A DNA stretch of 64,000 bases, from positions 19,732,188 to 19,796,187 of the forward strand of contig NC_069003.1 of the NCBI RefSeq assembly GCF_001194135.2, written 5' to 3'. Position 1 is the first letter of the stretch, and each line of letters begins with the position of its first letter. Source of the DNA: Octopus bimaculoides (lineage: Eukaryota). A program made the position numbers and the translations under genes. Of this stretch, positions 12,129-23,825 are shown one piece after another. Below the pieces are notes generated by a model. It saw only the letters and a program-made list of their open reading frames with translations. It was not told the origin of the DNA and did not search any database.

Positions 12129-13865
12129 CATGAGGGATTATGAGCATTTGAGCCTCCTTGTTTTGACAGTTGTAAATGAGTCTCACTGCCATACCAGCAG
12201 TGTTTTCAGTCTCCCATGTAAACAAGTTTGGCTATGGGGAATACCTTGCTTGGAAACAGAAGAGTGTTAGTGACAGGAAAAACATCTGGCTATAGAAAAA
12301 TTTACCTCAAAGAATTCCATCTAACCTGAGAAAACATAGAAAATAAGTACCAGCTGAGCACTAGGGTCCATGTAATTGACATTTATTTTCCTTCAAAATT
12401 CCTTGCTTTGAGTCAAAATTTGAAAGCATTTTTTTTATCATCATCTTGTGAAACAAATACAAAAATTACAACACACACACAACATTTTTCTGCACAATTT
12501 CTGTTTACTGAATTCCACTCACAAAATTTTGGTTAACCCAAGGCTATGAAATGAAGGTGCCTTGCAGCAGAATCAAATCCAAGTCCACAGGCTTGTGTAA
12601 TAAACTTCTTAACGAAAGGCCTTTGTTAGTGCAATTATCTAATTTAAATGCATCTAAATAACAAATGGGATGGTCATAGCTGGAATGGTTTCGATTATCA
12701 GTCTGATCAGGCAGAGCTGACCATGGCTAAGCTCTCCCTTTCTCCCTAGACACACACAAACATTTACTATCGCTATTACAACAACAACAACAACCATCAT
12801 CATCATCAATATAATTGTACTTCATTGTTACTTTGCTATCAATAATTAAGGAGGCTCTTGTATTTCCAGCCAACCCTACCACAACCCAGTTTGCTAAATA
12901 GCTTTTTGTTGTTCCTATTACAATGGTGGCTCTTCACCTCAATTCATTGAAGAATAAAAATGATGATACCAAACAGAAAATATGTCAAAACACATTTAAA
13001 CAGTTGTTCAAACTGTGCAATATAAATTTAATCAATCAGAAATGATTATTCAACAGACTTCAAACGAAAATCATGAAACCATTTACAAGAATTTCTATAT
13101 TTATTGATGATGCTGGTGCTGTTATCAGTATTGATGTTGATGATGTTGAAGTTAGTCTTATTTTCAAAAGTACTTATACATTTTTGCTGTTTTGGATGGT
13201 GTGTTTTTATTTTTAATAAACCAAACAAATTGTATTAAAAAAAGGAAAGTAATTTTTTAAAGAGGAAAGAAAGTTGTTTAATAATTCATGATTTCCAAAA
13301 CAATTTTTATAAATATTTTTTTATCATTTCAATTTAACGTTTCAAATTTTATTAAGTTAACTAGAGTGTTACCCATCATATAATGAGTAACTTTGGAAGT
13401 ATATACATTTGCCACCATGGGTAATAATCAGAAAATATAACATTCATATAACAATTATAATTTAACTTTTATTGAATTTTTGGGTGCTTATACAAAAACC
13501 ATGAAATGAATAGTAATTTTCAAATGAAAAATATTTATTACCTTAAAATATAATTAGTAGAACATTAATCAAAAAGTAAAGATTGAAAACAAAATTTTTC
13601 ATGTGGATTTGATATTATGGAAGTTCACATGTACACACACTCCTCCATTGCCCCCCCCCTCATGTATATCTTTTGTCTTTCACTTGTTTCAGTCATTATA
13701 CTGTGGCCATACTGGGGCACTGATTTCAAAAACTTTTAGTGAAATGAATTGACGCCAGTACTTATTTTCTGTTTAAGCTTGGTATTTATTCTATCAGTCA
13801 CTTTTACCAAAATGCTAAGTTACAAGAAAATGAATACACCAATTATCAAGTAGTGGAGGACAACT

Positions 13866-13898
<33 letters not shown>

Positions 13899-14539
13899 NN
13901 NNNNNNNNNNNNNNNNNNNNNNNNNNNNNNNNNNNNNNNNNNNNNNNNNNNNNNNNNNNNNNNNNNNNNNNNNNNNNNNNNNNNNNNNNNNNNNNNNNNN
14001 NNNNNNNNNNNNNNNNNNNNNNNNNNNNNNNNNNNNNNNNNNNNNNNNNNNNNNNNNNNNNNNNNNNNNNNNNNNNNNNNNNNNNNNNNNNNNNNNNNNN
14101 NNNNNNNNNNNNNNNNNNNNNNNNNNNNNNNNNNNNNNNNNNNNNNNNNNNNNNNNNNNNNNNNNNNNNNNNNNNNNNNNNNNNNNNNNNNNNNNNNNNN
14201 NNNNNNNNNNNNNNNNNNNNNNNNNNNNNNNNNNNNNNNNNNNNNNNNNNNNNNNNNNNNNNNNNNNNNNNNNNNNNNNNNNNNNNNNNTATATGCACAC
14301 ACATACATACATTTATTCCCTTTTCTCTTCCAGTTTCTATGATACTTTCTCTTCCACTGTGTGTGGTGGTGGGGGGGGGGCGTTCATTTACCCACTGCTT
14401 TACACCAAGCCTAGTTTCTGCACTCATCATGTACTTCTTATGTTAACTTTCTGTATCTCTTTTTCTTTTTCTCTCTTTCTCTCCTTATACAATGTAAAAC
14501 ATGACTGAAAAAATCAACCAACCAACAAGCATTTATCTT

Positions 14540-14860
14540 TTAACTTTTTATCTTTTTCTTGTTTCAGTCATGAGATTATGGTCATGCTGTGGCACCAACT
14601 TGAAGAATTTTTTTAAAGCCTGGTATTTATTTTAGCAAACCACTATGTTACGGGGATGCAAACAAACCAACACTGGTTGTCAAGCAGTGGTGGGGACAAA
14701 TACAGACACAAAGACACACACACACAGATTATATATACACAACAGACTTCTTTCAGTTTCCTTCTACCAAACCCACTCATAAGGCTTTGGTCAGCCCAAG
14801 GCTATATTAGAAGACACTTGCCCAAGGTGCCATGCAGTGGGACTGAACCCTGAACCATTT
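14540..14860 (-). mobile_element. tRNA-derived SINE (family A)
   Basis: Shares CCCAAGGTGCCATGCAGTGGGACTGAACCC and TTTCAGTTTCC..CTACCAAA blocks with other copies. Confidence 0.75.
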
Positions 14861-14989
14861 ATACCAGCTGTTATTATATAAAGATAATATATTAACTGTA
14901 TTTTCCTTTATTATGCTATAGTGGAACTGTACTATTTAAGAAAGAGTCATGAGGATGATAAGGAAGACAGAGGTGGTGATGGTAGTTAT

Positions 14990-15031
14990 GATGATGGCAA
15001 TGATAGTGATGGTGATGATGATGATGATGAC

Positions 15032-15071
<40 letters not shown>

Positions 15072-15510
15072 NNNNNNNNNNNNNNNNNNNNNNNNNNNNN
15101 NNNNNNNNNNNNNNNNNNNNNNNNNNNNNNNNNNNNNNNNNNNNNNNNNNNNNNNNNNNNNNNNNNNNNNNNNNNNNNNNNNNNNNGAGGAGGAGGAGGA
15201 GGAGGAGGAGGAGGAGGAGGAGGAAGGTGGTGGTAGTCGTGATGATGATGACAATGATATTGATGGTTGTGGTGGTGGTGATGATGATGCTGGTGGTAGT
15301 GATGATGACAATAATGGTGGTGCTGGAGATGATGATTATGATAAAGAGGAGGAGGATGGTGACGCTAGTGGTTGTGGTGATGATGATGATGGTGATGATA
15401 ATGAGGGTGGTGGTGGTGACAAGGATGGTGATGGTAATGATGGTTATGATGCTGATAAAGATAGTGCTGTTGCAGCAGCTGCTGCTGATGATGATTGTGA
15501 TTGCAGCGGC
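14990..15510. repeat. compound (GAT)n/(GAG)n/(GGT)n trinucleotide low-complexity tract
   Basis: Directly visible; spans N-gap 15072-15186. Similar tracts at 8320-8415, 38580-38810, 51880-52005. Confidence 0.9.
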
Positions 15511-16624
15511 AGCAAATATGGAAGTTGAAATGCTGACATAAGTTTGGTGCCAAAATAATTCATCCTACCCTCTTTACCCCCAACACCCCAATCATCACCA
15601 CACACCTTCCATTTTGCTACATCACTGTCTATCTATTTTCTTTTGATCCACTTCTGATATCAATTTAAATCAATTTTTTGTAATTTTTTTTTTTTTTGAA
15701 AAATCTGACTGGCTTCCATTTACAATCAAATAATACTGTCCATCTAGGAGACACATGTACAATTTCAGTTGTGTTTTGTCAATTTCCTCTTTTTTCCTTA
15801 TTTTTTGTCATTATTTATTTATTTATTTATTTATTTATGTTAATATTAAACAGCTAAGTGCAGGGACAATACCAAATCTTAATGGCATGCCAGACCACAT
15901 CCCCACCAACATCAGTGCAGCCCACAATTATTACAAATGCTACATAACCTTCAATTTCTCTTCAAACAACCTTTTGAAGTATGTACTAGCTTTACATTGA
16001 ATGTCCAACTAATGTTTACTAAATAAACAAATAATATAAAAGTACAGCAACAACAATGGTTTCAAATTTTGGGGGAGGGGTTCAGTCAATTAAATTCACA
16101 CACACATACACACACACACTGCTCCACTAGTACTTATTTTATCAATCCCAAAAGGATAAAAGACAAAGTCAACTTCAGTAGAATTTGAACTCAAATGGAC
16201 GAAATGTCTCTAAGTATTTTGCCTGGCATTCTAATGATTCTGCCAGCTCGCTGCCTGAATAATAATGGTTTCAAATTTTGGCACAAGACCAGCAAGTTTG
16301 GGGGAGGGGTAAATCGATTGCATTGATCCTAGTGCTTGACTGTTTTTGAACTCAAAATATAAGGCATAGGTATTAAAAGTTCACTTCACAAACACATGGT
16401 CCCAGGTTCAATTCCATGGCATGCATACTGTGCAGATGTCTTCAACAATAGCTTCAGTGAGTTAAAAATTTAAATGTAAATTGTGACACTATGTATGTAT
16501 GTACATACATACATACATATGCATTATTCAAAACAGTTTGATTCAGTTCCATGCTCCTTTAAGTTTCACAGGCCCCTAACAGGAGTCTGACTCTTTCAGG
16601 CCTTTGGAATGCCAAATGGAGAGA

Positions 16625-16777
16625 TCAGGAAGTCCAAGATGGTTACCGGAAGATAGGCAGCTATTGGTCAAGGAGGGTCACATGGTATTGTAGCAAAAAA
16701 CGCCAACTATTTGCCACCATGTGACCCTCCTTGACCAATAGCAGCCTATCTTCTGGTAGCCATCTTGGGCTTCCTGA
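16625..16777. repeat. hairpin, 62-bp arms with 4 mismatches, 29-nt loop
   Basis: 16625-16686 vs reverse complement of 16716-16777. Confidence 0.95.
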
Positions 16778-17674
16778 ACACTATTTTTCAAGTAATGAAC
16801 AATTTTCATCAAAACAATGATATAATTTGTCAACTTGGAACTTATTGCAAAGCTGCATGATAAACAACATTTTTTGTCTCCCCATTCAAGGTCAGTACAA
16901 ATAGCTTGTTTCTATTCCCAACCTTTGAACAAACAACATATAGCTGGCCGTAGGCAACAAGAAACTTACCTTTTAAAAGTACAATGATAATTTTTCTGCT
17001 GCCACTTAATTAAAAACAATTTGATGTATGTAAGGCCTTACTTTTGTACAAACAATTATTTGTAGTAGCTGGTACATATCTAAACTCCTGTTTGTAGTTT
17101 GAAGGAAAATTACACCACTGTTGCTAAACACTATTTTATGGTTTGAAATTGCTCTATACATATTTGACCATAAAGATGTTTGAAATTTAGTGTTTTGTAA
17201 GGTAATAATAAAATTAGTCGAATCTATTTTCATGCAGAGTGCGCTAAGTTGCCATAGCTCCAATGGCCGATGGCATGGAAATAGGTCTGAAAAATTTTAT
17301 TAATATCAGAAAAAATACTAAGTTTCCAATATTTTTATGGTAGAGAGTTATGAAAGGTAATATTGTATGAGAGAATGAGTTCAATAGGTATTTATGTTCT
17401 AAATGTTATAAAGCATGTGTTATGGTTAGATTACTTGATACAGTTATAATATTTAAAGAAAGATTTTTTCAAAATGTTTATCTTGGAAATTACTTTTCAA
17501 ATACATTATTTTCATTATTTACATTCGACAGATATTTGTCCTCATCTTGTTTGTTGTTAACAAAACGTTTTGGCTGATGACACCTGAAGAAGGCTGGAGT
17601 TCTATATTTAAGAGATGAGGAATTATGTACATTATTTACATTTGACAGATATTGTCCTTATCTTGTTTGTTGTT

Positions 17675-17720
17675 AACACAACATTTCAGCTGATATACCT
17701 TCCAGCCTTCTTCAGGTGTC
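17675..17720 (-). ncRNA. minimal type I hammerhead ribozyme-like motif (degenerate)
   Basis: GACAC-CUGAAGA-A-GGCUG(loop)CAGCU-GAAA-UG-U-U-GUGUU; stem I GACAC/GUGUU, stem II 5 bp, loopless helix III, one extra nt after A9. Confidence 0.55.
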
Positions 17721-17802
17721 TTGGGGAAATTTTGAACCTAGGTTCTCATTCCTAAGGTATTATTCGATGTTGTTATTATTATTGTTGTTCAGGTCACTGC
17801 TT

Positions 17803-17857
17803 GGAATCGAACTCGGAATCTTGGGGTTAGTAGCCCATACTCTTAACCACTACGCCA
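17803..17857 (-). promoter_or_regulatory. tRNA-like RNA Pol III internal promoter (A and B boxes)
   Basis: A box TGGCGTAGTGG (17857-17847) and B box GAGTTCGATTCC (17814-17803) at tRNA-like spacing. Confidence 0.65.
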
Positions 17858-18034
17858 TATGCTTGTGGGCAATTATGGAGTGAATTTTAGGGCTTATAAA
17901 TCTAATATTTTTCTATCCTTCTTCAATACCGGTTCCCATATGCTGCTCATATCTGCACTCGGTCTGCTTAGGAGGTTATTGTGTCCTAGCATATGTGCTG
18001 CTTCTTTTAGTTTTCGTATTTTCCAGTGGTGTTC

Positions 18035-18285
18035 TCTGCATTGTTGCCTTTATTGAACTCATAGAGCAAAATATGCCAAATATATTGCTTTGTCAATTCC
18101 ATTATAGCTTTGAAAAAAATAACTTAAAATTGAACTGCACTCTTCAAAACTTGCACTAAGAATAATCCACAGGGTAAAATTACTACCTACTTTTACAGCA
18201 AGTCGGTGCAGGTGGTTTATTCCGTGTCCCTCCAACTTTTAGTTCATGCAATTGAAAAAAACTGCATTATTTATCGGGTGACTCT
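18035..18285 (-). mobile_element. mariner 5' end fragment
   Basis: Minus strand MELTKQYIWHILLYEFNKGNNA, a typical mariner N-terminus, preceded by TIR-like GATAAATAATGCAGTTTTTT. Confidence 0.65.
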
Positions 18286-18570
18286 TAGAGCAGATTAAAT
18301 GTTAATATGGATGATAATATTTTTCTACACTATTGACTAAATAATAAATTCTGTAACTTTTTTCTACAAAAATTAGACATATTATTTACAAAAAACAAAG
18401 AAATTTATAGAGAGAATATTAGCCTTTAATATTTTATTATTATATATATCAGCACCCAAGTATTATTTTTTAGTCTTGTTTAAATAGACATGACTCCAAG
18501 AACAATAATATACTACAAAATGATTAATAACACCATACCTATGTAATTTCTAATGTCTTTTTAGTTTTTC

Positions 18571-18668
18571 TTATTTTAGCTACTGATGAGTACTTTCTGA
18601 CAACTCAGATTCTTAAATATGAATTTCTTGTCTTTCTGTATGAAACGATTGTATAGCTACATGAATAA
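18571..18668 (+). ncRNA. type I hammerhead ribozyme motif with intact catalytic core
   Basis: UAGCUA(18577-82)-CUGAUGA(18583-89)-GUAC...GUAU(18590-93/18638-41)-GAAA(18642-45)-CGAUUG-U-A(18653)-UAGCUA(18654-59); stem I extended by UUAUUU/GAAUAA beyond a CAU bulge. Confidence 0.7.
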
Positions 18669-19778
18669 AAAGATTATCATCCATATTAACATCTAATCTC
18701 CTCCATTTACGTAAATATGAACGAATTTGTTGAACTCTGTTTAATAAGTTAAATCATATACTTAATATTTCTGTATAACTTTTCATATCTACACAAATTT
18801 ACACTAGTAAATCCAAAAGTAAAGTATGAAGAAACAATGTAAGAAATCTTTTGAAATTACTCCAATTAAAGGACAAACTCACATTCAAACCCTTTAATAT
18901 ATATATAAACATATATATATATTGTTGTATTTTGGGATGGTCATGTTGCCAACATGATTTCACTTCAAGAATCTTGCAAAACGAATATATAAACGTAACA
19001 TTATATATATATACACACACTTAAACATACATAAACACACATACAATAGGCTTCTGTGCAATTTGTTTCCCAAATCTCATGCAGAACGTATTGGTTGACC
19101 CAAGGCTACAAAAGGATCAAACCCAGAATCACATGGTTGCAAAGCAAACTTCCTAACCACAAAGTCATGTTGGCTAAAAAGACTTTGTAGCATTCAATTT
19201 CAGCAAAGTTAACACCAAAATGTACTTAGCCATTCCTGTTTGCTAAGTAAAAAAAAAAATAAGTACAAGACCAAATACTGAGTTGAGTGAGGTAATATAA
19301 CTGACTAAAAGTGAGAAAATATCTGAAGGTGGTATTCCTCCAGCATGGCTACAGTCAAAAGATTGACATTAGTAAAACATATTTAAATATGGTGTTGATA
19401 TTTATATTTCATCACAATACACCAGAGATCTCAACACTCCATTGAAAATGCATTTAGAGTTTATGATTTAATGTTTTATCACTAGTAAACACTATGATTC
19501 CAATGAGCCAACAGTAAAGCAAATTAGGAATTATGTAAACACAAAGTGTGTGTGTGTGTGTGTGTACATAAACACACTCCCAGACACATATATACATTAG
19601 AGAAGTTAACAACAAGACTGAAGGTGGTATTTTTTGATGGGAAGGACACTTTCGACTTGTAATTATCTTTTGTGTCATGTGGAGCAGAGAATGAGATTGA
19701 AAGCTAACTGAAGGACTGCCCAGGGCAACATAAACTTGAGCTATGCCAATGTACATGTGCCACACACACACACACACA

Positions 19779-19839
<61 letters not shown>

Positions 19840-20515
19840 CTGTGGCCATACTTTACAAAGATAAGTGAGGTAAATGACTTAGGGGAAAGTAGACTAACGC
19901 CAAATGTTAATATAAAAAGCAGTAAATAAATGGTAAGTATGAAATTTTTCAATGAAATTTTAAAACTAAGAAACATATATTAAAGCCATATTTTCAAGCT
20001 AAATCATCATAACATTGTGTATAAGGCTGGACCTTAAAATTACAGGCATGATCTTTTCAATGATCTTTCCCAATTTCTATCCACCCCATATCATTTACAA
20101 GGTTTAGATCAACTTAAGGCTATGGTAAATGACATTTGCCAATGATGTCATGCAGTGAATTTGAGCCCAAGACCTTGCAATTGTCAAGAAATTTCTTAAC
20201 CATTCAAACACACAAAAGAAATCCTATCCTGGCAGAGATTACAGATGTAGGATAACAAAATCTCTCTTTATGAAATAGTTTTGCTTCCTGTTGTAATATA
20301 CATCTAAAAGGTAAATACTATTACATTATTCATAGTCTGTGCTGTATTTGCTCTGGTTGAAACCAACCTATCTGATGTTATCTGAGATTATCAATGGATT
20401 TCCAACTCTATGAACAGAACAAAGAACCATTCCATCGACATAAAGATAAACTAAATAGAGGAACACTGAGAAGAAAAATATTCATCAAAATGGAGAATAT
20501 AAATATACTTACATA

Positions 20516-20564
<49 letters not shown>

Positions 20565-21015
20565 GTATGTATATTAATCATTTTGGGTTGGCTATGGTTT
20601 CATGTTTTACCTTATTAGCTTGGTTGAACAAGCTAAGGTGAAACATGAANNNNNNNNNNNNNNNNNNNNNNNNNNNNNNNNNNNNNNNNNNNNNNNNNNN
20701 NNNNNNNNNNNNNNNNNNNNNNNNNNNNNNNNNNNNNNNNNNNNNNNNNNNNNNNNNNNNNNNNNNNNNNNNNNNNNNNNNNNNNNNNNNNNNNNNNNNN
20801 NNNNNNNNNNNNNNNNNNNNNNNNNNNNNNNNNNNNNNNNNNNNNNNNNNNNNNNNNNNNNNNNNNNNNNNNNNNNNNNNNNNNNNNNNNNNNNNNNNNN
20901 NNNNNNNNNNNNNNNNNNNNNNNNNNNNNNNNNNNNNNNNNNNNNNNNNNNNNNNNNNNNNNNNNNNNNNNNNNNNNNNNNNNNNNNNNNNNNNNNNNNN
21001 NNNNNNNNNNNNNNN

Positions 21016-21052
<37 letters not shown>

Positions 21053-21401
21053 CAATAGCACTTATGTACTCGAATATCTCTGATACTTTTTGCTTTCCAT
21101 AACAAGTAGCAAAAAGCAAAATCTTCAGGAAATATTTCAAAGTAATCTCATGTACCTCACTTTACAAAATTAAATTCTCTCCAACGGTATAATGTGTATG
21201 TCTGTATGCATGTGTGAACATACATGTGTATGTGTAACCATGCATGTGTGTATGTGCATATGGGTACATAATATGACACCATTAAATTGAATAAACCACA
21301 AGAGAGAGAGAGTGAGACAGATAGGCACACAAACAGTCAGAGAGAGACAGTTAGACAGACAGACAGACAAATAAAGAGACAGCTTGACATACACAGATAG
21401 A

Positions 21402-21645
21402 TTAACAAATAGAGACAGCTAGACAGATAGAGAGATACACAGACATATAAAAAAACGTAAAGGTCTCTATCGAGTAAAAAATATTTCCACTAGATCAGCA
21501 CAAATTCATAGGATGGATATATTAAACAATCTGGTTACATCATACATATTACTCATATAATCAAGATGCACACAAATGTGTATGTACACACACTCATAAC
21601 ACACATTCTCTCATACAGGGCTAACCAGTCAAATTTCCATTTTTA
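21402..21645 (+). repeat. copy 1 of a ~250-bp local direct duplication
   Basis: Aligns by eye at roughly 80-85% with 26702-26950; shared block AAAAAATATTTCCACTAGATCAGCACAAATTCA. Confidence 0.85.
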
Positions 21646-22553
21646 ACAACAACAACAACAACACACACGAAATATTTTCACCCATTCACCAACAACGAAG
21701 TAGAGAAGGAGTAAAAAATACAATTGTTGTTGTCATTCTGCAGCAATCTATCGCCTGTAAGGATTAATGAATTAAATCATCAGAATGATATGTTACAGTT
21801 TACAGCAGTCTAAATTTCTAATTTCTTATAAATCAATCAAGCATAAAAATTAAAATTAAAAATGTAAAAAATATAAAATAAAGAAAAGCAATAACAATCA
21901 GATTAAAGTGTTTTTAGAATAATTTCATTTGACAAGGCCCAGGCTCAATCTGTGTCAGAGAGAAATGGAGCAAAATAGTTCTTCAAATGTTTTTTTTTTA
22001 ATTTGTGCATTGTGCTAGAACTTCATTTATTAAATCCATCAGGCAGGGTCGTGTGGTTATGAAACTTGCATCACAGCAGCTACATAACTTTCTGGTTCAG
22101 TCCCACTGTGTGACATCTTGGACAAGCGTCTCCTCAGCCATTACCTAGAACAAACCTAGGCTGGAAAAAGCTCATCAGATGGACTGTAACTATTCTTTGG
22201 GGCAGAAGGCCTAATCCATCACCTAGTTCAATTTAATACCACCACCCCCAATTGGTTCATGGATGACTTTAGTGGAGTCCCCGTTGAAAGTATCTGGACT
22301 AGGTATGGCTGTATGGTTAAGAAATTAGTTTTGCAATTGTCCAGGATTTGATCCCAGTGTGTGGCAAAACTTAGGTTGACTCAAGCCATGTGATTACTGA
22401 GCAGAGGGAACTCAGTTGGCCTGACTTTGTCACATATTGCAGATTTGGCCTAAGAATTAAAATAAAGGTATACATTTCTGTGGAATAATGAACAGCATTA
22501 CTTATATGACAGTGATCCTTGTTTACAACCATCATGCGGCATCAAGACAAGGG

Positions 22554-22591
<38 letters not shown>

Positions 22592-23602
22592 AGACTTCCT
22601 TCAGTTTCTGCCTACTAAATCCACTCACAAAGTTGGCTTGAGCTTACTGTAGAAGATGCTTGCCCAAGGTGCTACACAGTGGGACTGAACCAGAAACCAT
22701 ATATTGAAAGCAAGCCTCTTAAACACACAGCGTGCATCCACTCACAAGCAAGTATGACTTAATAACCTGTAATATGTTTTTGTTAAATGTTTTAGGTGCC
22801 TATGTAGACGTGAGCAGACACAGACATCATCTCAGCCTTCCCATCTTTGAACCAGTGGAACATGAAGATGTAACAACAAGGGTGAAGAAAGAGAGATCCA
22901 CAATGGCACACAGTTGGTACTCATTTTCAGTTGAGTAGACTAGCACAATGAAATGAAGTACCTTGCTCAAAGACACAATGTGCCACATGTTCCAGAAATC
23001 AAACCCACAACTTTGTGATCGTGTGCCCAACATCCTAGTCACTATGCCAGGCATGGGCAACCTTTTTCGAAAAGTGGGCCACATGAGACAAGGCCTATCA
23101 TCAGGAACGCTATGCTACAAAAAAACTTCAAATTAATTTTTCATTAAACATGCCATTCAGAAAACTTCACAAGCTACAGATTGTCCATAACTGTTCTAGA
23201 CCCAAAACCTTCACACACACAAACACACAATACTTTATAGGTCCTCCATTGGTCAAGGTTGAATATGCACAAGTATCTGCAAACTTGGGTATGATCATTT
23301 GAGCATGCAAGTCTCACCTATCCACTGGGGGCCACTACAACTAGGCACAAGTATCATTGCAGGTGTTGCTGTCAGAACGCAAAGGGCCAGAATAGATACC
23401 ACAAGCTATCTTTACTGACACCCATAATAGCTCTGCTAATCCACTATGATGAATTGTTACTCTTTCTTAACAAACCTGAAAGAATGTAAAGCAATGTTGA
23501 TGTTGGTGGGATCTAAACTCAGAATACAGAGACACACAGGAACCAATACCACATGGTATTTTATCTTAATGACTGCCAATTCACTACCTTACTACAACTA
23601 TT

Positions 23603-23825
23603 ACTACTACTACTATAGTAAGGGTGTAGTTCATTCATGTTGTTTGCTTGTTTTATTATCTAATCACTGGATTAGTAAACACTGCAGTGATATCAGATGT
23701 AATCTACCTTCATAGATCTGATATATCACTGCAGTGTTACTAATCCATTTACTACATAACAAAAGAAGCAAACAGTATGAATGGACAGTACACTTCTTTC
23801 TGTAGTAGTAGTAGTAGTAGTAGTA
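23603..23825. repeat. fold-back inverted repeat, ~95-bp imperfect arms
   Basis: Core TGGATTAGTAAACACTGCAGTGATATCAGAT vs ATCTGATATATCACTGCAGTGTTACTAATCCA; arms end in (CTA)n/(TAG)n. Confidence 0.85.

Larger units (their letters stand above)
17503..18034 (-). mobile_element. Penelope-like retroelement 3' end (GIY-YIG C-terminus plus pseudo-LTR-like region)
   Basis: 18034-17894 translates EHHWKIRKLKEAAHMLGHNNLLSRPSADMSSIWEPVLKKDRKILDL*, resembling the PLE GIY-YIG tail (W..RK.KEA..I...N...W); followed by tRNA-like boxes, a hammerhead-like motif and a partial tandem duplication with inversion. Confidence 0.7.

Noticed and set aside
21678-21757. Minus-strand 'GDRLLQN...LLVNG' after an AG, superficially PDZ-like
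   Set aside because: Stop after ~25 codons, no donor site, and does not match the missing PDZ1 half.
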